NCBI GenBank assembly: GCA_964658025.1
Contig: CAZZXB010000013.1
Span: forward strand, 1 to 33,491
Source of the DNA: an uncultured Janthinobacterium sp.
Lineage (GTDB): Bacteria; Vulcanimicrobiota; Vulcanimicrobiia; Vulcanimicrobiales; Vulcanimicrobiaceae
DNA: 33,491 nucleotides
Reading direction: 5' to 3'
Shown here piece after piece: positions 18,480-26,998 of this stretch. The notes beneath the pieces were generated by a model, which had not been told where the DNA came from, searched no databases, and saw only the letters and a program-made list of their open reading frames with translations. Numbering within the stretch: position 1 is the first letter of the stretch; each line of letters starts with the position of its first letter. The position numbers and the translations under genes are program-made.

Positions 18480-18596
18480 CCGCGGGCGACGTCGGACGGG
18501 CTCCGCGTCGCCGCGAGCGCGCGTGCGGTTCGCGATCGCGCGCGTCGTCGAGGTATCGAGAAGCCGTCGCGGCACGAGCCGAGAAACGATGCCGAC

Positions 18597-19700
18597 ATGA
18601 TCGCGGCCGTCGTCCTCGCCCACGTCGCACCCGTCGCCGCGCGCCTCGCGACGCCGCCCGGTTTCACGATCGAGACGATCGCGCGGATCGACGGTGCGCG
18701 CGAACTCGCCGTCTCGCCGAGCGGCGATCTCTTCGTCGGAACGCGCGGTCGCGACGTCGCGATCGTCGCCGACGCCGAAGCGACCGTGCCCGCGGCGCCG
18801 ACGACGTTCGCGCATCTCGACGACGATCGGGCCGCGGGCGTCGCGTTCGCCGCGGATTCGCTCTTCGTCGGAACCGAACACGGCGTCTGGCGCGTGTCGT
18901 ATCGCGCGGGTTCGAGGAAGGCGATCGGTCCGCCGCGCGAGATCGCGACGCTTCGCGAGCGCGGCTCGCGCGGTCACGACACGACGAGCGTCGCCGTGCG
19001 CGACGACGTGCTCTACGTCGCCGTCGGGTCGTCGTGCAACGCCTGTACCGATCCCGATCCCACGCGCGCGACGATTCGGTCGATGACGTTTTCCGGTTCC
19101 GACGTGCGCGACGTAGCGACGCACGTCCGCAACGCGGTCGCGCTCGCGACCGATCCCGAGACGGGCGCGCTCTGGGCCGGCGTCGCGGGGCAGGACGAAC
19201 TCGAGCGCGGCCATCCGTACGAGATCTTCGATGCCGTGAGCGCCCACGCGGGCGTTCCGGATTACGGCTGGCCGACGTGTTACGAGAATCGCCGTCCGGT
19301 GCGCGCGGGGATCGATTGCACGAGGACGACGGTCGCGCGCGTCGTTTTCCCCGCGTACGAGACGCCGATCGGCGCCGTCTTCTATCCGCGCCGTCCGACG
19401 GGCACCTACGCGTTCCCCGCGGCGTATCGCGGCGGGGCGTTCGTCACGCTCCACGGTTCGTGGCACGTGCCGCCCGTCGCGCCGCACGTCGCGTTCGTCG
19501 CGATGCGCGGAACCGAGCCCGCGACGGCCGTCGACTGGAACGACCCGACGACGCAGTGGACCTCGTTCGTCGACGGCTACCAGGCGCCGAAACGTTCGCG
19601 GATCGGCCGCCCCACGGGCATCGCGGTCGGTCCGCAGGGCAGCCTCTTCGTCGCCGACGACGCCGCGGGCGTCGTCTACCGCATCCGTCCGACGCGCTGA
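18597..19700 (+). CDS. PQQ-dependent sugar / L-sorbosone dehydrogenase family beta-propeller
   Basis: LYVAVGSSCNAC, RNAVALA.DPETGALW, DYGWPTCY, AFVTLHGSW, GRPTGIAVGPQGSLFVADD. Confidence 0.88.
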   Translation: MIAAVVLAHVAPVAARLATPPGFTIETIARIDGARELAVSPSGDLFVGTRGRDVAIVADAEATVPAAPTTFAHLDDDRAAGVAFAADSLFVGTEHGVWRVSYRAGSRKAIGPPREIATLRERGSRGHDTTSVAVRDDVLYVAVGSSCNACTDPDPTRATIRSMTFSGSDVRDVATHVRNAVALATDPETGALWAGVAGQDELERGHPYEIFDAVSAHAGVPDYGWPTCYENRRPVRAGIDCTRTTVARVVFPAYETPIGAVFYPRRPTGTYAFPAAYRGGAFVTLHGSWHVPPVAPHVAFVAMRGTEPATAVDWNDPTTQWTSFVDGYQAPKRSRIGRPTGIAVGPQGSLFVADDAAGVVYRIRPTR

Positions 19701-19715
19701 CGGCGCCGCGCGTCG

Positions 19716-21692
19716 CTAACGCCGTCCGAACGTGAGCGTGAGCTCGCGCGACGCGAAATCGGAGGCGAGCGTCGGATCGGCGATCCGCGCGCGGAACAGA
19801 TTCTCGACGCCGAGACGGCCCTCGAACGCCGTTCCGATCGGGACGCGCAGGCCGAGTTCGCCGAGCAGGAGCGCGTGCGCGTCGAAGGCGTTATTCGCGC
19901 CGACGAGCGTCGCGCCGAAGAGCACGTCGATCCCGTCGAGGCCGCGATAGTCGAGCGCGCCGCGAACCTTCGAATACGCGTCGCCCGGAAGTTGCGCGTC
20001 GGAGGCCGCGGCCTCGCCGAACGCCGCGCGCGGCGACGCCGACGGCGCGCCGAAGACGTACGCGCGCGTGAGATCGACGAACGCGCTCGCGCCGAGCCGG
20101 CCCGGCGCCGGACGCCGTTCGAACCCGAGTTCCACCCCGCGCGTCGCCGCCTGCGAGAACGTCGCGTACGCGTCGTACCGGCGTAGCGAGAAGAGCGCGA
20201 GCGAGACGTGCGTCGCGGGCGTGATCCGATAATCGACGGACGCGCGATAACCGAACGACGTTTCGGGGAGCACGAGGAACGCGCGCGCGCTCGCGGGCAC
20301 GAGCGCGACGACGTCGACGGGCGCCGTCGCGTACGCGCTCCCGGCGAAGAACCGCGCGACGAAGCGCCCCGCGCGAACGTCCACGGCCGCGTGCGGATCG
20401 CCGCGCCGCGGCGCGCCGCCGCCGCTTCCGAACGCGTCGCCGACTTCCGCGCGAACGCCGCGCCCCACGGCGAAATGCCCGCGCAGATCGATCGTCGCGC
20501 GCGATTCGCCGTAGGCCAGCGCGCCGTTCTCGAGCGACGCGTCCTCGTGTCGACCGTCGTATCCGATCGAGACGCCGTCGGCGCCGATCGGAAGATCGAA
20601 GCGGATCTGCGTGCCGGCGACGCGCGCGCTCGTCCCCGCGATGGCGAAACCGGCCGTCGAGGTGAGCGACGAACTCACGTAACGCCGCGCCTCGAACGAA
20701 GCGGAGCCGAGCTTCGTGCGCAGGTCGTACGCGTTCGCGGGCGCGACGTTCGTCACGTCGCGGTCGCCGATCGTCTGCGCGGATTGCGTGCCGTACGACG
20801 CGACGTCGAAGGTCGTCGAGGACGAGAGGTTCAGCCGCGCTTTGAACGTCTGCGCGCGATCCTGCGCGCCTCCGGTGAGGACGTCGCTCGCGACCTCGAA
20901 ACGATCCGTTCCGCCGAAGGCGCGCGCGCGTTGGAAACTTCCGAACGACGAATCGTAGCCGAGTTCGTATCCGCCGCCGAGCGGACGCTCCGGATCGAGC
21001 GTGTGCAATCCCACGATCCCGCCGATCGCGTTTTGCGGCGTGTCGGTCGGCGCCGCGCCGAGCGCGGGCGCGACCTCGATCGCGTCGGTCGCGAGCGCGC
21101 TGCGCAACCGCAGCGCGGAGAGACCGATCGCCGCGCTCGGCAGCGGGATGCCGTCGAGTTCCACGCGCGTGTCGCCCGCACTCGTCCCCGAGAGCACGCC
21201 GCGCGCGCCCGTCCCGTCGCGCGTCGCGACGATATCCACGCCGGGTAACGTGACGAGCGCGTGCGACAGATACGGATCGTCCGCCGGACGATCGTCGGTC
21301 GTGCTCGTCGCGAGCGCCGCGGCGACGTTCGTGAGATCGGTCGGGGCGAGCGGCAGGTCGACGACCGTGCTCTGCGCCGACGCGCGTCGCACGACGAGCG
21401 TCGTCTCGTAGGGACGATATCCGGGGCTCGTCACGCGCACGTCGTACGTGCCGAGCGGTAAGGCCTCAAAGAGCGCGAGCCCGTCGGCACGCGTATCGAG
21501 TTCGCGATCGACGGGTCCGTTCGCGACGACGTGCGCGCCCGCGATGGCGTCGCCGCTCGTACTGCGCACGCGCGACGCGAGGACGCCCGGGCCGACGGGG
21601 ACGTCGGCAGACGTCGGCGCTACCGGCGCGAACGCGACGGTACCCACGGCAACGATCGCGGCGCAGAGCCGACGCACGGGCGACGTGAACAA
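19716..21692 (-). CDS. TonB-dependent receptor-like protein with N-terminal carboxypeptidase-regulatory-like domain
   Basis: Signal peptide; LPLGTYDVRVTSPGY; plug motifs RVELDGIPL and NAIGGIV; LPETS and LGVENLF barrel motifs. Confidence 0.75.
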   Translation of the reverse strand: MFTSPVRRLCAAIVAVGTVAFAPVAPTSADVPVGPGVLASRVRSTSGDAIAGAHVVANGPVDRELDTRADGLALFEALPLGTYDVRVTSPGYRPYETTLVVRRASAQSTVVDLPLAPTDLTNVAAALATSTTDDRPADDPYLSHALVTLPGVDIVATRDGTGARGVLSGTSAGDTRVELDGIPLPSAAIGLSALRLRSALATDAIEVAPALGAAPTDTPQNAIGGIVGLHTLDPERPLGGGYELGYDSSFGSFQRARAFGGTDRFEVASDVLTGGAQDRAQTFKARLNLSSSTTFDVASYGTQSAQTIGDRDVTNVAPANAYDLRTKLGSASFEARRYVSSSLTSTAGFAIAGTSARVAGTQIRFDLPIGADGVSIGYDGRHEDASLENGALAYGESRATIDLRGHFAVGRGVRAEVGDAFGSGGGAPRRGDPHAAVDVRAGRFVARFFAGSAYATAPVDVVALVPASARAFLVLPETSFGYRASVDYRITPATHVSLALFSLRRYDAYATFSQAATRGVELGFERRPAPGRLGASAFVDLTRAYVFGAPSASPRAAFGEAAASDAQLPGDAYSKVRGALDYRGLDGIDVLFGATLVGANNAFDAHALLLGELGLRVPIGTAFEGRLGVENLFRARIADPTLASDFASRELTLTFGRR

Positions 21693-21843
21693 CAGGCCCG
21701 ACTTTGGCCACGCGCGAGCGAGGTCATCTCGACCTCACCGAAGGTTCACGCCGCTCCCAGGGATCGGGCGATCCGTCGCCGCGCGCGACGCGCGTCGAAA
21801 ATCCCAGGAACCGCGTTCCCCGAGCGGGCGTCTGAGCGGCGGT

Positions 21844-22314
21844 ATGGAGCTTTCGTTGATCGCGTTCGTCGGCGTCGGGCTCGACGTCTTGGGTGTCGCG
21901 ATCGTCGCGTTGATCGTCCTCGTGCTCGCCTTGCTCGCCGCGTCCGCGAACGTCTTCTTCCGCGGCGTCGCGCGTTTCGACGACGATGCGTTGCGGGCCA
22001 CGATGGATCTCTCGCCCGCGCAGCGCCGGCGCTTCTACGAGATCTACGCATCGTGGACGCCCAAGAGTCCGGCCGTCGCGTGGTTCCTCGCCCTCGCGCT
22101 CGGCCCAGCGGGCGTGAATCTCTATCGCGGGCGACCGTTTCCGTGCATCGCGGCGATCCTCTCGCTCAACGGGCTCGGCGCCTGGTGGCTCGAGTCGTGG
22201 TTCACCTCGCCGCAACTCGTCCTGATCGAGAATCGCGCGCTCGTCGCACGGACGCTTTCCACCTTAGACGCGGAGTCGCGACCGAACGTCCTCGCGCTCG
22301 TGCGCACGCGATGA
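21844..22314 (+). CDS. Membrane protein with TM2-like domain
   Basis: ATG 21844; N-terminal TM helix, then LSPAQRRRF...KSPAVAWFLALALGPAG..LY.G, which matches the TM2 pattern. Confidence 0.65.
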   Translation: MELSLIAFVGVGLDVLGVAIVALIVLVLALLAASANVFFRGVARFDDDALRATMDLSPAQRRRFYEIYASWTPKSPAVAWFLALALGPAGVNLYRGRPFPCIAAILSLNGLGAWWLESWFTSPQLVLIENRALVARTLSTLDAESRPNVLALVRTR

Positions 22315-22418
22315 ACGGCGATTTCGTCGCGCTCGTGTTCATGGCGCTCGTCCCGCCGCTCTGGCTCGTCGTAGGGTTCGCCGGCCTCGCCGCGCGTCGG
22401 AGCCGACGCCGCCGCTAA
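22311..22418 (+). CDS. 35-aa single-TM small protein
   Basis: ATGA overlap with the TM2 gene stop; MNGDFVALVFMALVPPLWLVVGFAGLAARRSRRRR (hydrophobic helix plus basic tail). Confidence 0.55.
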   Translation: MNGDFVALVFMALVPPLWLVVGFAGLAARRSRRRR

Positions 22419-22429
22419 CGCCGTCGCGC

Positions 22430-22484
22430 GCTCACATCGCGCTCACGGATCGTTCAAGTCGCGCTCACGTCCGCGCGTTACGAT
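22430..22484 (+). promoter_or_regulatory. Four 11-bp-phased direct repeats (PhoB/PhoP-box-like) plus TACGAT -10 element
   Basis: GCTCAC at 22430 and 22441, GTTCAA at 22452, GCTCAC at 22463; TACGAT at 22479-22484; ATG 6 nt later. Confidence 0.6.
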
Positions 22485-22490
22485 CGCCGG

Positions 22491-23057
22491 ATGGGCATCG
22501 ATCTCGCGCGCGAATTCATCGAAGCACCGACCGCCGCGACGGCACGCGCGATCGAGAGCGCGCTCGCGTCGTTCGGGCCGGGCGCGCTCGCGTTCGCCCG
22601 CCGCTCAAACGTGCGCATCGTCGCGCTCGCGCGATCGCGACGGTATCGCGACGCGTCGGCGGCGCTCCGTCGTCTCGGCGTCGACGTCGACGGATGGCCC
22701 GTTCCGCCCGCCGGACTTTTCGTCGTCGAGGAACGGACCGTGTATCTGCGCTCCGCCACGCCGATGACCGTCGCGCACGAATTCGCGCACGCGCTGGATT
22801 GCGCGCTCGGCGGCGGCGTCTATCGTAGCGGCTACGATCGCGCGATCCGGCGGGCGTTCGCGGAGGCGACGGCGTTCGTCACGCCCTACGCCGCGACGGG
22901 ACTCGACGAGTATTTCGCCGAGTGCGTGCGCGCGTTCGTCGAAGTCAACGACGCGACGTCGCCCTGGCCCAAAGCGACGCGCGCCCGGTTGGCGGAGATC
23001 GACGCCGCGATGCATGCGGCGATCGGCGCGCTCTTCGTCGAAGAGTTCGGTCGTTAG
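22491..23057 (+). CDS. Zinc metallopeptidase, ATLF/MtfA-like zincin, no signal peptide
   Basis: VAHEFAHALD (HExxH) and TPYAATGLDEYFAE (third ligand and Tyr). Confidence 0.8.
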   Translation: MGIDLAREFIEAPTAATARAIESALASFGPGALAFARRSNVRIVALARSRRYRDASAALRRLGVDVDGWPVPPAGLFVVEERTVYLRSATPMTVAHEFAHALDCALGGGVYRSGYDRAIRRAFAEATAFVTPYAATGLDEYFAECVRAFVEVNDATSPWPKATRARLAEIDAAMHAAIGALFVEEFGR

Positions 23058-23163
23058 GACTTATGGGGCAGGCGCGAGCGATGCTCGATGAAACGCCTAG
23101 CGGAGCGACGAACGAGCGTTAATGGCCGGTCGCATCCGCGTTACGTACGAGGGTGAATTGCGG

Positions 23164-23799
23164 ATGCTCTCGCGCATCGTGCGATTTTTTCGGCGCGGCC
23201 GTCGCCCGGAGGCGGTCGATGGCCCCGTTCCGGCCGAGCTCGCGGTGAAGGGCCACGTCGAGCGCGACGTGCGTCGGAGGCGACCCGTGCGAGACGACGC
23301 GCTCGCGCGAACCGATATCGACGCATACCTCGAGGTATTGACGCATCGACTCGGTCCGCTCGCCGAGGCGACCGGGCTGCTCGACTTCGTCGGCGTGCGC
23401 GTCTTCGTCGTCGACGCTTCCGGACTCGCCGCGCTCGCGCGCGGCGACGCGCTCGCGCGGGCGTACCTCACGTACGCGAGCGCGACGGGCGCGAGCGTCG
23501 TCGTGCCCGCGACGCTCTTACTCGACGCGTCGATCCGCGACGTCGCGAACGCGGTCGCGACGATCGTCGGCGTCGACGCGACCGTCGCGGTCGGCGCGGG
23601 CGAATTGATGGCGCGAACGCACCTCGCGCTTCCCTCCGACGCGATCGTCGTCGCCTACGCGGCGTCGCGCGCGGAACGGACGGCGATCGTGACGGCCGAC
23701 CCGGTCGCGCTCGCGACGTTCGTCCGCGCGAGCGAACGATCGATCGCGATCCTTCCGACGTCGTCGCTCGCGCGTCGCGGCGCGACGACGGACCGCTAA
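23164..23799 (+). CDS. PIN-domain (VapC-like) protein with antitoxin-like N-terminal extension (alternative start 23122)
   Basis: FVVDASGLAALARGD...VVVPATLLLD...PSDAIVV...IVTADP follows the actinobacterial-type PIN pattern. Confidence 0.6.
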   Translation: MLSRIVRFFRRGRRPEAVDGPVPAELAVKGHVERDVRRRRPVRDDALARTDIDAYLEVLTHRLGPLAEATGLLDFVGVRVFVVDASGLAALARGDALARAYLTYASATGASVVVPATLLLDASIRDVANAVATIVGVDATVAVGAGELMARTHLALPSDAIVVAYAASRAERTAIVTADPVALATFVRASERSIAILPTSSLARRGATTDR

Positions 23800-25010
23800 C
23801 CGCGCGTGCGGATCGGCTCGCGCTCCGAACCGATCGCCCAGACGAGCGCGATCAACACGAAGTTCGCGACGAGCGAGCTCCCGCCGTACGAGAAGAACGG
23901 AAGCGTGATCCCGGTGAGCGGGAAGAGTCCGAGCACGCCGCCGACGATCACGAACACCTGCACGCCGAGCGTGACCGCGAGCCCCGTCGCGAGCAGCTTC
24001 GCGTAGAGATCGGGTTGCGCTTGCGCGATCCGTAGCGCGCGCACGAGCGTGACGAGAAAGATGCCGAGCAAGACGATGCCGCCGAGCGCGCCGAATTCCT
24101 CGCTCCAGGCCGCGTACACGTAATCCGTCGCGACGGCCGGAACGTATTCCGGATGGCCGTGTCCGTAGCCCGCGCCGAGCAGGCCGCCCGCGGATAGCGA
24201 GAAGAGCCCTTGGAGCGCCTGATAGCCGCGTCCGAGCGGATCGGCGAACGGATCCTGCCACGTCGCGACGCGCGCGATCACGTATCGGTAATGCTCGACC
24301 GCGTACCACGCGGCGAGCGCGAAGACGAGCGCGCCGCCGAGGATGAGATCGATCCGTCGCGTCGCGACGTAGAGCATCGCGACGAACGTCGCGAGCAATA
24401 ACGTCGCCATACCGATGTCGCGTTCGAAGACGAGGATCGCCATCGAGGTCGCCCAGCCGATGAAGAGCGGCCCGAGGTATTTGAGGTTCGCGCGGATCGA
24501 CCACGCCTTCGCGGCCGAGATCACGTCGGCGGTCTCCGCGAGATACGCGGCCATGAAGAATACGATGAAGAGCTTGATCGATTCGACCGGCTCGTACTGC
24601 ACGCTCCCGATCCGGATCCAGAGCTTCGCGCCGTTGACTTCCTGACCGAAGAGCGCGAGCGCGACGAAGAGCGCGATCGACGCGAGGATCCACACGTACT
24701 TGTACGCGGCGAGTCGCCGGAACGAATCGAAGAACGGTCCGCACGCGATCGCGAGCGCGAGCGAGATCGCGAGCCAGATCTCTTGTTTGTGGGCGAGCGT
24801 CGTCGAGACGCGCGCGATCGTCGCGAGCCCGAGCGACGCCACGAGCACGGCGAGCGCGGGCAGAACGTCGTCACGACGCACGCCCGGCGGCGCGCGGAGC
24901 ACCCACGCGATCGCGCCGACGGCGAGGGCGACGAGGAGCCACGGCGGGCCGAGCGCGCCGCGCGGTGCGAGCGAGAGCGCGAACGCCCCGATCGCGAGGG
25001 CGAGCGCCAT
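23796..25010 (-). CDS. rodA: SEDS family peptidoglycan glycosyltransferase (FtsW/RodA/SpoVE); start uncertain
   Basis: VNGAKLWI, EPVESIKL, ERDIG, WQDPF, GYQ, PAVATDY, PLTGITLPFFSYGGSSL. Confidence 0.9.
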   Translation of the reverse strand: MALALAIGAFALSLAPRGALGPPWLLVALAVGAIAWVLRAPPGVRRDDVLPALAVLVASLGLATIARVSTTLAHKQEIWLAISLALAIACGPFFDSFRRLAAYKYVWILASIALFVALALFGQEVNGAKLWIRIGSVQYEPVESIKLFIVFFMAAYLAETADVISAAKAWSIRANLKYLGPLFIGWATSMAILVFERDIGMATLLLATFVAMLYVATRRIDLILGGALVFALAAWYAVEHYRYVIARVATWQDPFADPLGRGYQALQGLFSLSAGGLLGAGYGHGHPEYVPAVATDYVYAAWSEEFGALGGIVLLGIFLVTLVRALRIAQAQPDLYAKLLATGLAVTLGVQVFVIVGGVLGLFPLTGITLPFFSYGGSSLVANFVLIALVWAIGSEREPIRTRG

Positions 25011-25023
25011 CGGGGCGAGACGC

Positions 25024-25932
25024 TTAGCGACCGTCGCTATTGAAGAAATTCGAGAACGGTCCGAACGAGCCGCCGTGTAACGCGTACGATCCGAACGAGA
25101 GCAACGCGAGCACGAGTAAGAGCATCGCGACGACGAAGCGCAAGCGCGCGTACGACGCCGCGGCGAAGGTCGCGGGCGTGGAGGCGAGCAGTCCGCGGCA
25201 GACCACGACGGTCGTCGCATCGACGGCGCCGCGCGCGCGCGCGATCCCGAGAAAACGTCCGACGGCTTCGTCGCTCCGTTCGGACTCGGCGAGCACGTCG
25301 CCGAGTTCTTCGTCGTCGACGACGCGATGGAGGCCGTCCGTGCAGAGCACGAGCTGATCGCCCGAACGGATCGCGACGTGCGCGACCGACGCTTCGAGTT
25401 TCGCCTGCGTGCCGAGGCTCCGCCAGAGCAGCGCGTGCGGCCGCGAGCGCTCGAAGAGGTTCGAGGTGGGACTCGTCACGGCGCGACCCGCGAACATCGC
25501 ATCGTCGACCGTCAGCATCTCGATGCCCGCATCGCGCGCGAGATAGGCGCGCGCGTCGCCGACGTGTCCGACGAAGGCCTGTTCGCCGACCACGAGCACC
25601 GCGGTCACGGACGCCCCGCTGCCCACGAAATCGTCGTGGCTTCCGCCGTCGGCGAAGAGCTTGCCGTTCGCGTGATCGAGCGCCGCGAGTAACGTCGCGC
25701 GCAAGACGGTCGCGGAGGCGCCGCGACCGTACGCACCGAGGCGATGGCGGCGACGCAAGAAATCGCGCACGTGGCCGAGCGCGACCTGACCCGTCGGGAC
25801 GTTGCGGCCGACGACGCCGAAGCCGTCGGCGATCGCGAGGAGCGTGACGCTCGGCGCGATCGTTTCGGTGAGGTGCGCGTCGCCGCTACGGCGACCGGCG
25901 ACGCCCTGCTCCGTTCCGAACGCTATCTCCAC
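25024..25932 (-). CDS. PP2C-family Ser/Thr phosphatase (Stp1/PstP-like) with C-terminal TM
   Basis: IADGFG, HVGDARAY, RSLG, LCTDGL, GAVDATT; C-terminal hydrophobic helix. Confidence 0.88.
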   Translation of the reverse strand: MEIAFGTEQGVAGRRSGDAHLTETIAPSVTLLAIADGFGVVGRNVPTGQVALGHVRDFLRRRHRLGAYGRGASATVLRATLLAALDHANGKLFADGGSHDDFVGSGASVTAVLVVGEQAFVGHVGDARAYLARDAGIEMLTVDDAMFAGRAVTSPTSNLFERSRPHALLWRSLGTQAKLEASVAHVAIRSGDQLVLCTDGLHRVVDDEELGDVLAESERSDEAVGRFLGIARARGAVDATTVVVCRGLLASTPATFAAASYARLRFVVAMLLLVLALLSFGSYALHGGSFGPFSNFFNSDGR

Positions 25933-26342
25933 GGGCGCACTCCGGCGTAGACGATGCGCGAGAGTCCGACGCCGATCTCGTCGCCCTCGCGAAGCCCGAC
26001 CGCACCCTCGATCGGATGCGCGTTCACGAGCGTTCCGTTCCGACTGTCGAGGTCGCGGACCCTGGGAACGCCGTCGGAGAGATCGATACGTGCGTGCAAG
26101 CGACTCACTAGCGGATCGGAAACGACGAGCGTCGCGGAAGGCGCGCGGCCGATCGTGATCGGTAGCGGCGCGCGGACCGTGCGCGTCAGACCATCTTCCT
26201 CCACGCGCAACACGACCGCCTGCATCTCGGCCATCGCATCTTCGCGCTCCCTCGACCGGCGCGGTAACGCGAGTAACGCGAACGCCGCGACGGACGCCGT
26301 TACCAGAAACGTGGACGTCGCCGCGTCGAGCCGGGGCGTCAC
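25923..26342 (-). CDS. Membrane-anchored FHA domain protein (FhaB-like)
   Basis: N-terminal TM; TIGR, VSRLHA, DLDSRNGT FHA signature. Confidence 0.88.
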   Translation of the reverse strand: MTPRLDAATSTFLVTASVAAFALLALPRRSREREDAMAEMQAVVLRVEEDGLTRTVRAPLPITIGRAPSATLVVSDPLVSRLHARIDLSDGVPRVRDLDSRNGTLVNAHPIEGAVGLREGDEIGVGLSRIVYAGVRPWR

Positions 26343-26998
26343 GTCGCCGTCCCCTCGACCGCGAGTTCGCTATCGCCGATCGCGAGCACGTCGCCGATCG
26401 CGAGCCTCGCCGTCTCGATCGTCGCGCCGTTGAGCCGGGTTCCGTTCGACGATTCGAGATCGCGGACCGCGAGCCGCCCGCCCTCGGCGAGGATCTCGAG
26501 ATGACGACGCGAGACGCGCGGATCGACGACGACGAAATCGCACGACGGATCGCGACCGACGATCAGCCGGCCGTCGCGCGGGAGCGCGCGCGTCGCGGCG
26601 AAGCCCGTCCGAATCGTCAGCGCGAGCGACTCGGGTTCGGCGACGGACTCGACGACGATCGCGACCGTCCCCGTCGCCACGAGCGCGTCGCTCGTGACCG
26701 CGATCTCGGGTCGCCGCTGCGGGCGACCCGAACGGTCGGCGAGTCCGGCGAGCATCGCGCTCCATTGCCGTTCGAGATGCGGGAGATCGGCGGCGAGCCG
26801 TTCGGCGTCGGCGGGTGCGAGGCGCACGTCGAAGCGGCGTCCCGCGCGCGGCGCGCCGGCCGCGCCGGCCTCGAAACTCGCGGCGAGCTTCCGCGCGATC
26901 TGCACGGGCTGGAGCGCGCTCGGAAACGCGAGCGCGAACGCTCGCTCGACGGCGTTCGCGCACGCGAGTTCGAGTCGCAGGATCGGATTCGCGCTCAC
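26339..26998 (-). CDS. fhaA: FhaA-like protein (DUF3662 + FHA)
   Basis: GTG 26998 overlaps the rsmB stop; VERAF...LQPVQIARKL (DUF3662); IVGRD, VSRRH, DLESSNGT. Confidence 0.85.
   Translation of the reverse strand: MSANPILRLELACANAVERAFALAFPSALQPVQIARKLAASFEAGAAGAPRAGRRFDVRLAPADAERLAADLPHLERQWSAMLAGLADRSGRPQRRPEIAVTSDALVATGTVAIVVESVAEPESLALTIRTGFAATRALPRDGRLIVGRDPSCDFVVVDPRVSRRHLEILAEGGRLAVRDLESSNGTRLNGATIETARLAIGDVLAIGDSELAVEGTAT

Noticed and set aside
13035..23799. Genomic island integrated at tRNA-Glu
   Set aside because: No integrase, no duplicated tRNA 3' end seen, and most genes share the host CG bias.
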